DNA from: Macrostomum lignano
Taxonomy: Eukaryota
Direction: 5' to 3'
Assembly (NCBI GenBank): GCA_002269645.1
Contig: NIVC01000137.1
Span: 124,001-188,000 of the forward strand
DNA: 64,000 nt
A program made the translations under genes and the position numbers. The stretch's first letter is position 1. Every line of letters begins with the position of its first letter. The notes below the pieces were generated by a model. It was not told the origin of the DNA, made no database searches, and saw only the letters and a list, made by a program, of their open reading frames with translations. Positions 22,292 to 32,766 of the stretch are shown here, piece by piece.

Positions 22292-25012
22292 CTAGTTCAT
22301 TTCGCCTGTGAAATGGACCTCTTTTTTGGTAATGATGGCCTGGCGATCAGCCCCCAGGCCACATTCGGTGCTGCCAGAGCACCAGCAGCAGAAGCAGCAG
22401 TGTGAGCAGTAAGCCGCATCTCTGCTCGGGCAGCAGCAGCGGATCCATCCTGGCAGCAGCATTCTGATGAGAAACAAGCAGATGGAGACAGCGGACGTGA
22501 TGGGAAATGAATCTAAGTTGTTGAATGTGTTACTCAAAGTTTGTCTGAGCCAAAGTTGAAAATAAATCAATCCAACAATAATCCCAAAGTCAGTTATGCT
22601 TTCAATCGAACTCCAGCTCATCCGTTTGCGAGTAATCTCGAGCGGCTTGTGACGACAGCATCCTGAGCACAGGGCTTCGACGAAGTGCAGTCCGATCAAG
22701 ATGAGTAAGCAGACCCCAACAATGCTGGCATAGACAATTATGATGAGCTGCTCCCATGGACAGTTGCAATCTTCATCAAAAATATGAAAACACAGCGGAG
22801 ACTTCAGAAGGTTCTGAGTTGTGCAATTATCATTTTTAAATAGCGGCGTCGCCACAGCAAAAATTTTTAATAACCGGAAATTCGTCACCAAAAACGACAG
22901 CACACGAAATGTGCCCCAAAAGAAATTCCAGCAAGCAGATATTGTACCCGAAGTCTGCTTTTTCGCGTCAATGAAATCGCTGGGTTCGTCGTTAAACGCA
23001 AGCAACTCAACCTGGTCGAAGGTTACGATTGCTTCGAGTTGCTCAACTTGCTTAGGTTGCACACCTTGCTCGTTTTGCACATCTTGCTCATGTTGCACAT
23101 CTTGCTCATGTTGCAAATCTTGCTCATGTTGCACACCTTGCTCATGTTGCACATCTTGCTCGTGTTGCACATCTTGCTCATGTTGCACATCTTGCTCGTG
23201 TTGCACCTCTTGATCATGTTGCACATCTTGCTCATGTTGCACATCTTGCTCGTGTTGCACCTTTTGATCATGTTGCACATCTTGCTCATGTTGCACATCT
23301 TGCTCGTGTTGCACATCTTGCTCATGTTGCACATCTTGCTCATGTTGCACATCTTGCTCATGTTGCACATCTTGCTCATGTTGCACATCTTGCTCGTGTT
23401 GCACATCTTGCTCATGTTGCACAGCTTGATCATGTTGCACATCTTGCTCATGTTGCACATCTTGCTCATGTTGCACATCTTGCTCATGTTGCACATCTTG
23501 CTCATGTTGCACATCTTGCTCATGTTGCACAGCTTGATCATGTTGCACATCTTGCTCGTGTTGCACATCTTGCTCATGTTGCATACCTTGTTTAGGTTGC
23601 TTAAGTTGCCCTTTATCATTATCTATAGGCTTCGTATATCGGTAGGTTATGCCTTTGTAAACGCAATCATCTGTACTCGGATTAACAATCTCCGTGATAA
23701 TCATATGGTACGGAGTACCCTGCTCCGGGCTTACTTCGACGTGTTCACCGACTCTAAATTCATGACCGTTGGATATCGCTGGTTGACAGCATTTCGAGCC
23801 GCAGCAAAGCGAACTCCAGCAACGGCAGCAACGGCAGCAACTGCAGCAACGGTCGCCAGCCCATGGCAGCAGCTCAATGTCATCTAGCGTAGGAGTTGTT
23901 GACTGTTGCAGCCAGTTGCAGAAGGTCTTGCTATCGATTTTACTCTGAACTGTGCCACGACGATTCAACCAGATGGACTTGCCGATCAATTCTTTTGTCT
24001 TTTCTTCGAAGAATTCTTTTGCAGTCTCTGCAGTCTCTTGAGAAACGGCCGAGAGGCCGAAGCTCTTGATTTCTTGATTTCTTGTTCCTGATTTTACTTC
24101 GACTTTCTGAACCGTAAAGAAGTATAAGTATTCCTTATAACGTTTACAACAGCACGAAGTGTCTTCACTGCAACACGAAGTGTCTTTACACAAGCTGTCT
24201 ACAGTAAGTACCACATGCGATTTATCCTGGTGTCTGAGCTCAGTGCCCTTGGACAAAAAAGTTAACAGTTTTGCATCAATAAGTGCATATCTTTTTCTTT
24301 CACTTGCGTTTTTACTTGCGTTTTTACTTGCGTTTTCACTTGCGTTTTTACTTGCATTTTTACTTGCGCTTTTACTTGCGTTTTCACTTGCGTTAAAAAC
24401 GCTTTTCAGTTGATCAATTGACTTGACTGGAATTTCAAAATACTTCTGGTTGTCGCAGTGCTTGGTGCAGCACCAGCGAACGAAGTCCTGGTCATTGTTC
24501 CATTTGGAATCGTACTTGCGTTCGCCAATGCGAGAGATCGCACGTTGCAGCACCTGCTTTGGTTTCACTTTGACTCCATTACTGCATTTGTATTTCAGCT
24601 TGTACAAGCGCTGTCGCCTGGTGTCCAGCCAGAGTGTCTTCCGTGCGACAACTTTTGGCTGACAGCCGAAGATTGTCAGAAAAAGCTTTATAAGCCATAC
24701 AAAAATTTTATAGTCGCACAACTGTCGAATCGCTGCCGTATCGGATCTATAAGTTATGACTTCGATTTTGTAGCGAGCGCGGCGGTTTTGATTAGTTTTG
24801 ATTTGTTCGGAATTGTGAAGATCTTTGGCAACGATTGCGTAATCAGTATTCCATCGGCTAGTGCAGGCAATGGCGGTGCCTTTCTCCAGATATGGTTCTT
24901 CTGTATTGTTTTGTGCTTCTGGCTCGTTTGCGTTGTTTGGATTGTTTGGCAGAATTCGGACTTCTGGCTCGTCTCGTCTTCCTGGCTGGTCAGAGCTTCC
25001 GAATTGGTCCAT
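22292..25012 (-). CDS. Large membrane protein, copy A: LRAT/NC-like pseudo-catalytic domains, NASx repeat, HEQDVQ repeat, C-terminal TM helices and Cys-rich tail
   Basis: Single open frame of about 906 aa. The ATG at 25012 follows a CAG acceptor at 25019-25021. KPKQVLQRAISRIGERKYDSKWNNDQDFVRWC resembles the LRAT C-terminal motif (..VV.RA.SR.GE..Y....NNCEHF..WC). There are 3-4 hydrophobic segments near the C-terminus. Confidence 0.75.
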   Translation of the reverse strand: MDQFGSSDQPGRRDEPEVRILPNNPNNANEPEAQNNTEEPYLEKGTAIACTSRWNTDYAIVAKDLHNSEQIKTNQNRRARYKIEVITYRSDTAAIRQLCDYKIFVWLIKLFLTIFGCQPKVVARKTLWLDTRRQRLYKLKYKCSNGVKVKPKQVLQRAISRIGERKYDSKWNNDQDFVRWCCTKHCDNQKYFEIPVKSIDQLKSVFNASENASKSASKNASKNASENASKNASKNASERKRYALIDAKLLTFLSKGTELRHQDKSHVVLTVDSLCKDTSCCSEDTSCCCKRYKEYLYFFTVQKVEVKSGTRNQEIKSFGLSAVSQETAETAKEFFEEKTKELIGKSIWLNRRGTVQSKIDSKTFCNWLQQSTTPTLDDIELLPWAGDRCCSCCRCCRCWSSLCCGSKCCQPAISNGHEFRVGEHVEVSPEQGTPYHMIITEIVNPSTDDCVYKGITYRYTKPIDNDKGQLKQPKQGMQHEQDVQHEQDVQHDQAVQHEQDVQHEQDVQHEQDVQHEQDVQHEQDVQHDQAVQHEQDVQHEQDVQHEQDVQHEQDVQHEQDVQHEQDVQHEQDVQHEQDVQHDQKVQHEQDVQHEQDVQHDQEVQHEQDVQHEQDVQHEQDVQHEQGVQHEQDLQHEQDVQHEQDVQNEQGVQPKQVEQLEAIVTFDQVELLAFNDEPSDFIDAKKQTSGTISACWNFFWGTFRVLSFLVTNFRLLKIFAVATPLFKNDNCTTQNLLKSPLCFHIFDEDCNCPWEQLIIIVYASIVGVCLLILIGLHFVEALCSGCCRHKPLEITRKRMSWSSIESITDFGIIVGLIYFQLWLRQTLSNTFNNLDSFPITSAVSICLFLIRMLLPGWIRCCCPSRDAAYCSHCCFCCWCSGSTECGLGADRQAIITKKEVHFTGEMN
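23060..23585 (-). repeat. Coding 18-bp repeat (HEQDVQ, about 30 units)
   Basis: The plus-strand unit TTGCACATCTTGCTCATG repeats in frame within the copy A ORF. Confidence 0.95.
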
Positions 25013-28000
25013 TGAAATCTGCAAAGATTTAAAGGTGATTCCATTAGCTAAAGTTAAAGTTCAGATTCAAGAAATGATAGTTTCAGCTGCCTATTGCACC
25101 TCAAAGCAATAGTGGCAAGTGGCAACAGAATTTCAATTGTTGTTAAAACAAATTTTCTTTTACGCTATTATTAGTAGTCGAGGCTTGTGAAAATGATATA
25201 GTAGCTGAAATGAGAAGGGATTTGCGGGTTTCTGAAGTTGGGATTTCTTTCCCAATTTCTTTGCAATTTCTTTCCCTATTTCTTTGCAATTACTTCGGCC
25301 CTCGGCTTTGGTTTATGGGGTGTACCTGGAATTCTGGACTGCAGTGTGGCTACGAGTAGAACGGGACTTGAGCCCCTTAATCGCACCCGCCCTGCAGGAA
25401 AGACGACCATTCACAAAGTTGATGCCAGCCCTGAGGCTGAGCCCCTGAGGTTGTGTGATCCTCCTTATTGTTTTTATCCCTGCCTTTGTGGCCTTTTATC
25501 CTTTGTGTTTTTATCTTGGCACTTGAGCCACCCAATATTTGGAGTTGCAAATCTCGCCTCGGTGAGGGCGCTCTATAGCTTTGGTCCACCTGCTGTCTCC
25601 TCTGGAAGTTCCCTGCTTTTGTGTCTCGGCTCTCATCTCTGACAGTGGATTGGAGTCCTGGTGAATAAGTTCGTCCCGATTCGGGAAAACCGGCTGAGTC
25701 CGGGTTCCTCTTGCTGACCTTGTGCCCTATCCAACCCCTTGGCCTAGCCCTTATTGAGCTGGATAGCGAAAAAGCCTTGAGGCTCGCAACCCTATAGGTA
25801 TAGAAGGGTCTCCTGTCTGACAGGATCGACTCGCCCTTGGCAATAAGCTTCCAGACTCGCTCCAATAGATAAGTATTTTTCCGTAGACTTAGGATATTGT
25901 CTCTCTCGGACCGCTTATACATATACTCCAATATTGTTTAGAGCTGGGTATTGAAAAAATTAAAAATTCTCGCGCACCCTCTGGTTTTGTCGTTGGGGAG
26001 GGTGGCTTTGGTGGACTCGGTCTTAGCACCGTCCCTGATTCCACTATGGGTTGGAGGTGTCTTAGTCCAAAGGTTTGAGCTAGTAGCCCCAACAAGGTAT
26101 TTCTACCAGGCCTTGTTCCTGGTCCCAATCCCTGGCCGCTCGGGCTTATTGCCCTTGGTAGATGCGACCCTGATCTCTAGCGGCAGAGCCCTTCTTTGGG
26201 CTGATCCGCCGGAGCCCCTAGGCTACCCACCCTCGTTCAACAACAACAACGTCTAGGATTCAGTAATATCAGTGGCAGAATTTTTACAATTCGAACTATG
26301 AGCTAATTACAACGAGTAATCTATCAAGGATAAAATTAAAATTTACAGTAATTAGTAACCTAGATCAGAAAGCCACCATCCCTGAACAATGTGACAATGT
26401 CCAATGGCCTCGTAAAATCCAGAACCGAACCAGTCTATTAGAACCGTAAAAAGTATCCGTTCCACCATGATCTTACTTCACGGTACTCGCTTGACAACTT
26501 ACTTGTACTTCGTAATTTGTTGAACTACCAGCTGCCATTGGTTAAATCAAGTGTTAATTAAGAGTAAAACAAAGTTCAACAAATTGTCAGATTTTAAGCT
26601 TCAAGATTTTAACACTTATGATAATTTTTGCAAACGCTTTTTCTATTTTCTGAAGAGTAGCCTCTAAGATACGAACGCTGCTAAAGAAGGTTACTTCTAG
26701 CTTGGGGGTGAGAAATAGACAAGTTGTATTGCATTTTATTATGCTTTAAATTTGATTTGGTTTGCATGGGTGCGTGCACCTGTGAAAATCAGCTTTAGTG
26801 ATCAGCCAATCCCTGCCGCCTCTGTGGATCCGTGTGGGGTGGGGTGAGGGGGGGGGGCGTCGCCCCGCCACGACCCCTGGCCTTTTTAGTGAGCCGTCTC
26901 GATGGGCAACTGGCTCAATTTACGCGCGATCCGTCTGCCTAAAATTTTGTTGCTTTGGGTTGGGAGGCCGCTTTGTTATCGCCGTTCGCTTGCATACACG
27001 TTTGCAAAGTCTTTCCACTATCTAATCTTCTTCTTTTCAATCTAAATGTACTAAATCTCTAAGGTTTGTATGCTTGCCTTCTATCTTCTTCTACCTTCTA
27101 CCTATACTAAATCTATGCGTCTATTTAGAACGCTTCACAGTCTGAAAGCCTGAATCAATTTTTATCGCGTTTTCACAAAAAAAGAAAATCAGTCAAGGAT
27201 TGTATGGTTCGATTTTGTCAATAGGCTTTAACGCAAAGAGTATTAAATATTCGAAAACGAGTTTCTCCTATGCCTTCAATGGAAGACTAGAAAAAGTCAA
27301 AGGGCCCGTTCTATAAAGATAAGATCGTTCTTAGCTTCTGTCTCTGCTGTGTAGAAGTTCTGACGTACGAGTTCGATAAAACTTACGCTACGACAGCTTT
27401 AATATACGACCCCAAAATCTCTGACTGACTGAATTTCAATTCCAATTGAGTTCGCGCCATAACTTCTCTCTCGCCGCTTTGTTGGCCTACTGGCTGCATG
27501 CAGTGAGCAAGGGAGCTAGGAATGCTCAGTGGCTGCGTGTGTACAATTCTGACCCTGACTGACTGGCGGACTGCATAGACAATTGCTATTTATAGATTTC
27601 ACACAACTGTACATTGGCTCTGCCTGCACACAACCTGTGTACACTGAGCAGCCAATCACTGCTATGTATTTTCGACTGCAGTGCCAAAGCATATATGGCT
27701 GATTTTATCGCCCTCTGATCATGCAGAAGACACTAGGACTTGGATTAGGCTAGGCGTAAGGTCCCAGGTTCGAGTGAGCCTACTGAGGACAATTAAAATT
27801 GAATTGATTCATCATTCATTTGTAGCTACTTGAAAACGTTTGAATTATTTTTGCACAAGTCGTTTAGCAAATTTCATTTTTAAAAACTGCTTCGAGTATT
27901 ACTGATTCCATCATAGTATGAAATTGCCAAACTGCAGACGATGCTGCTAATCTGCTGAAGGTATCGCTAGACGCTGTGTTGTGTAGAAGAACTGCCGATA

Positions 28001-28319
28001 TGTATCGAAAATTAATTAGTGAGCCGTAATAAATGCTGAGCAAATTTTTATATTGTTGAAAGAATCATTGCAGTTTACTGAGGAGACTGAGTAGCCGGCC
28101 GAGAGGAGAACTGCTGACTGCTAAGGGCTAAATGAAAACTGTTAAGAGAACATTAAAATACTTTCCTTCAAGAATAGCCTTATTGTAGGCAGAGAGGAGC
28201 AGGTTAAGCAGATGGTCCGCAGTTCGAATCTGCATTGAAGCAGAGAATTTATCTCTGTACCTGTGACAATGATTGTCTCCCTTGCAGTTTCATGCAGATT
28301 TTGGGGGGGGGGGAGAAGT

Positions 28320-29030
28320 GTTAATCTGGGCAGTGCTAATCTGGGGGTAGTGCTAATCTGGGGGAGCAGTGCTAATCTTGGGGAGCAGTGCTAATCTGGG
28401 GGAGCAGTGCTAATCTGGGGGAGCAGTGCTAATCTGGGGTAGTGCTAATCTTGGGGCAGTGCTAATCTGGGGGTAGTGCTAATCTGGGGGAGCAGTGCTA
28501 ATCTGGGGTAGTGCTAATCTTGGGGCAGTGCTAATCTGGGGGTAGTGCTAATCTGGGGGAGCAGTGCTAATCTGGGGGAGCAGTGTTAATCTGGGCAGTG
28601 CTAATCTGGGGGTAGTGCTAATCTGGGGGTAGTGCTAATCTGGGGGCAGTGCTAATCTGGTGGAGCAGTGCTAATCTGGGGGTAGTGCTAATCTGGGGGA
28701 GCAGTGCTAATCTGGGGGAGCAGTGCTAATCTGGGGGAGCAGTGCTAATCTGGGGGAGCAGTGCTAATCTGGGGGAGCAGTGCTAATCTGGGGGAGCAGT
28801 GCTAATCTGGGGGAGCAGTGCTAATCTGGGGTAGTGCTAATCTGGGGTAGTGCTAATCTGGGGGTACTGCTAATCTGGGGGTACTGCTAATCTGGGGGTA
28901 GTGCTAATCTGGGGGTAGTGCTAATCTAGGGTAGTGCTAATCTGGGGTAGTGCTAATCTGGAGTAGTGCTAATCTGGGGTGTGGGGCTAATCTAAGGGAA
29001 GCAGTGTTAATCTGGGGGAGTATAGTGCAA
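28320..29030. repeat. 17-19-bp minisatellite (GTGCTAATCTGGGGGAGCA / GTGCTAATCTGGGGTA)n
   Basis: Tandem units sharing the core GTGCTAATCTGGGG. Confidence 0.93.
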
Positions 29031-29799
29031 ATCTGATGGTAGTCGAGTATTTATCGCGCAATTATTGCAAAATATCGATATACTAAAATTTATATGGATA
29101 AACAAGACAGAAATTACACAATAAATTAGTAGATAATGCTAAGAGAGTTATAGATTAATTTATTGAATTTTATGTACATGTAACTTTGTGGAGCTCAGTA
29201 GGGTTTATCTCTGTGACCTGTGACAGAAATGATCGTCTCCTATGCTCGTATTTAACAATTAAATTCAAAGATAATTTTGCTGGGCTGCGTTTATCTTCTA
29301 GAGCAGTGCTAATCTGCTGTATGTGCTAATTTGCAGAGGGTATTACTAATCTGGTTGAGCAGCGCTAGTCGGGGAGAGCATTGTTATAATCTGACGTATA
29401 CAATAAAGTAATAAATATGTAAGAGGATCAAATTTAAATTGCAAGTTGCAGAAAGTTCAAATGGTTTTGATAATTGAAAAACCTGTAGATTAGTGGCCAC
29501 CTCCTGCTCACTGATTGTGCCAAACAGTGCTGGTGAAGCAATGTAATTTTTTATCAAAACTTCTTTTCATAGAAACGAAAACTCAACGAAAGAACGAAAA
29601 AAATAATCACCATGTCAACCATAAAAAGCGCGCTATCGAACATATAAGAGTAATTGGGGGAATTGCTAAGATGTCAACGCTCATGGGGAAATATTGGAAT
29701 TATACTGTGGCTGAATTGGCTCCTGAGGAATGGCTGTGAGGGAAAGACATACGGGGAGATTTCTGAATTTTTGTGGCTTATATAAGAGTTGCTGAGATA

Positions 29800-30035
29800 T
29801 CAAGGCTCATGGGGGAATAGCTGAGATGCTAAGGCTCATGGGGGAATAGCTGAGATGCGCGAATAGCTGAGATGCGCGAATAGCTGAGATGCGCGAATAG
29901 CTGAGATGCGAGAATAGCTGAGATGCGCGAATAGCTGAGATGCGAGAATAGCTGAGATGCGCGAATAGCTGAGATGCTAAGGCTCATGGGGGAATAGCTG
30001 AGATGCTAAGGCTCATGGGGGAATAGCTGAGATGC
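29800..30035. repeat. 17-bp (GAATAGCTGAGATGCGC)n array flanked by ~30-bp related units
   Basis: Direct tandem copies just 3' of lectin copy B. Confidence 0.9.
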
Positions 30036-30151
30036 GCTCACACATCGTGCGATTCCCAGCCCTGAGGGCCGACCCCGAAGACACAGAGAGTGCACATGCC
30101 TGACGATTAGAGAGTCAAAGAGCCGCTGTACACCCTGTGTGAGCGTGTGTA

Positions 30152-31950
30152 CTAGAGCGTTCCTGTCCGGGCGTCGGTGAACAGCAGCAGGCGGCAGGCT
30201 CTCAGCTTGCTGTTGTACAGCACGTGTCTGCAGTTGCCCGATCTCATGCCAGCCGCTACGCACTTCATTGCACTGCCAACCTGCAGCAGGTCAGAGTAGC
30301 AGTAGCGAGAGCTGGGCTTGTAGCTGGTGCGCTTGAACGGAGTTCGCTTCCACGAGGCAGCGGAGCCAGTCGGCCCAGTCTGAAGTTCACCTTTGGCAAC
30401 AAACTCGCAAGCGTAGCCACGACGGGTTGAACATTTTAAATCCTTGAGTAGCTCCCTTCCTTCAGACTGCACCAAGCAGTTCTGATTCCCATTGTTAGAA
30501 GGCATATTTGAAGGCCACAAAGCATTATCGAGGGGCAAAATTCCATTGCCGTTGATCTTCGCCCAGCCGGACCTGCTTGTGTTCCGTTCATCGGCCCTGT
30601 CACTGACTCCGAGCCACAGGGAGCAGCTGCAGCGGAGGCTGGGAAAGCTGCCTTGAGCCAGCAGCTTCAGCGGAGGCTGGGAAAGCTGCCTTGAGCCAGC
30701 AGCTGCAGAGGAGGCTGGGAAAGCTGCATTGAGCCAGCAGCTGCAGAGGAGGCTGGGAAAGCTGCCTTGAGCCAGCAGCTGCAGAGGAGGCTGGGAAAGC
30801 TGCATTGAGCCAGCAGCTGCAGAGGAGGCTGGGAAAGCTGCCTTGAGCCAGCAGCTGCAGAGGAGGCTGGGAAAGCTGCCTTGAGCCAGCAGCTGCAGAG
30901 GAGGCTGGGAAAGCTGCCTTGAGCCAGCAGCTGCAGAGGAGGCTGGGAAAGCTGCCTTGAGCCAGCAGCTGCAGCGGAGGCTGGGAAAGCTGCCTTGAGT
31001 CAGCAGCTGCAGAGGAGGCTGGGAAAGCTGCCTTGAGTCAGCAGCTGCAGAGGAGGCTGGGAAAGCTGCCTTGAGTCAGCAGCTGCAGAGGAGGCTGGGA
31101 AAGCTGCCTTGAGCCAGCAGCTGCAGAGGAGGCTGGGAAAGCTGCATTGAGCCAGCAGCTGCAGAGGAGGCTGGGAAAGCTGCCTTGAGCCAGCAGCTGC
31201 AGAGGAGGCTGGGAAAGCTGCCTTGAGTCAGCAGCTGCAGAGGAGGCTGGGAAAGCTGCCTTGAGTCAGCAGCTGCAGAGGAGGCTGGGAAAGCTGCCTT
31301 GAGCCAGCAGCTGCAGAGGAGGCTGGGAAAGCTGCCTTGAGTCAGCAGCTGCAGAGGAGGCTGGGAAAGCTGCCTTGAGTCAGCAGCTGCAGAGGAGGCT
31401 GGGAAAGCTGCCTTGAGCCAGCAGCTGCAGAGGAGGCTGGGAAAGCTGCCTTGAGTCAGCAGCTGCAGAGGAGGCTGGGAAAGCTGCCTTGAGTCAGCAG
31501 CTGCAGAGGAGGCTGGGAAAGCTGCCTTGAGTCAGCAGCTGCAGAGGAGGCTGGGAAAGCTGCCTTGAGTCAGCAGCTGCAGAGGAGGCTGGGAAAGCTG
31601 CCTTGAGTCAGCAGCTGCAGAGGAGGCTGGGAAAGCTGCCTTGAGTCAGCAGCTGCAGAGGAGGCTGGGAAAGCTGCCTTGAGCCAGCAGCTGCAGCGGA
31701 GGCTGGGAAAGCTGCCTTGAGCCAGCAGCTGCAGCGAGCTGTACGAGTTGAGCAGCTCGCCTTGAATTGCAGCGCACCGCTGGTTGGCTTCGCACCAGGT
31801 GAAATCTTGAGCAGTGCTCACGAACACGCACCCGCCTGCCTCTGGGCTGAAGGGATTCGGACACGCCAGGGCCCGCACTGCAGGCAGCAACTGAATTACA
31901 ATGCCGGAAAGCGCTAGAAACGCGTGGAAGTTGCTTAACGAATATTTCAT
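30152..31950 (-). pseudogene. C-type lectin plus PAN/apple-like domain gene, copy B, interrupted by a 29-unit 38-bp array
   Basis: The 5' part matches copy A. The 3' part reads LWLGVSD...WPSNMPSNNGNQNCLV...KDLKCSTRRGYACEF (CTLD C-half), then CYSDLLQVGSAMKCVAAGMRSGNCRHVLYNSKLRACRL (PAN-like). With one repeat unit the halves join in frame. With 29 units they are frameshifted, and variant units introduce TGA. Confidence 0.75.
30623..31734. repeat. 38-bp minisatellite, 29 units, with variant units
   Basis: 31725-30623 = 1102 = 29 x 38. Variants: GCGG>GAGG, GAGCCA>GAGTCA, GCCTT>GCATT. Confidence 0.97.
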
Positions 31951-32766
31951 CCTTGTTTTTCAGAGACAGCTGGGATTTTTTAATGGGAAAATTTCTACAG
32001 GTAGGTTTGAGTATGGTTGTGACTTATAAACAGCTAACAGATGCAGCAGCCCTGTCCAATAGCAGTTCTAATAAATGCTGTTAGCCAATGACTTTATCAG
32101 TATATGTTGTCTTGGTTTTGCGATTGTTTTTTACATCTTACAAATTTTAGTTTGAGCTCTCGTGTTTCTGAGTGCCTTTGAATTAATCAGAGATTTTCGT
32201 GTATTCCAATTTAATATTCGCTTCTCAGGGATGCGCTTAAAATTTGCTACACTGTACTTAATAACTCGTATGTAGAGAAGTTCGCGCGTACACGTCAAAT
32301 TTAATGAAAAGAAATAGGATTGATGCATTGCCAGCAATGTATTAGAGTAAAAAATAGCTACTAGCGATAACTTTTGAAGCAACACAGACATTTGTAACTA
32401 AAACTATAAGATCTAACAGCTAACATGTAACTAGTGAATTTATCATTACTAAATCAATGAAGGCTCGTATGTGGAATAATTTACTAATCAAATATACTAA
32501 AGATGAAAATCTTGTTTAATGCTAAAGTTGAAATTTATAGTGAACACGTTTAAAATATAGAGAAATTTTAGAAAAACACACACAAGTAACACGTAAAACT
32601 ATGGAACTATTGGAGAGTCAGTAACGTTAAAAAAGTCAAGTCATAGTACACCTCTGAAAAAATTTTATTATCTTTTCCTAGGTCAAGTAAATTCTGTAGC
32701 ATACCATGCAAAGGCGGTACTGAGCTATTTCTCTTTTCAAAACCCAGAAAACTGCAGTTCACTCAT

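Noticed and set aside
27760-28240. Box B-like motifs (GGTTCGAGT, AGTTCGAATC) as tRNA or SINE heads
   Set aside because: No matching box A or cloverleaf could be built.
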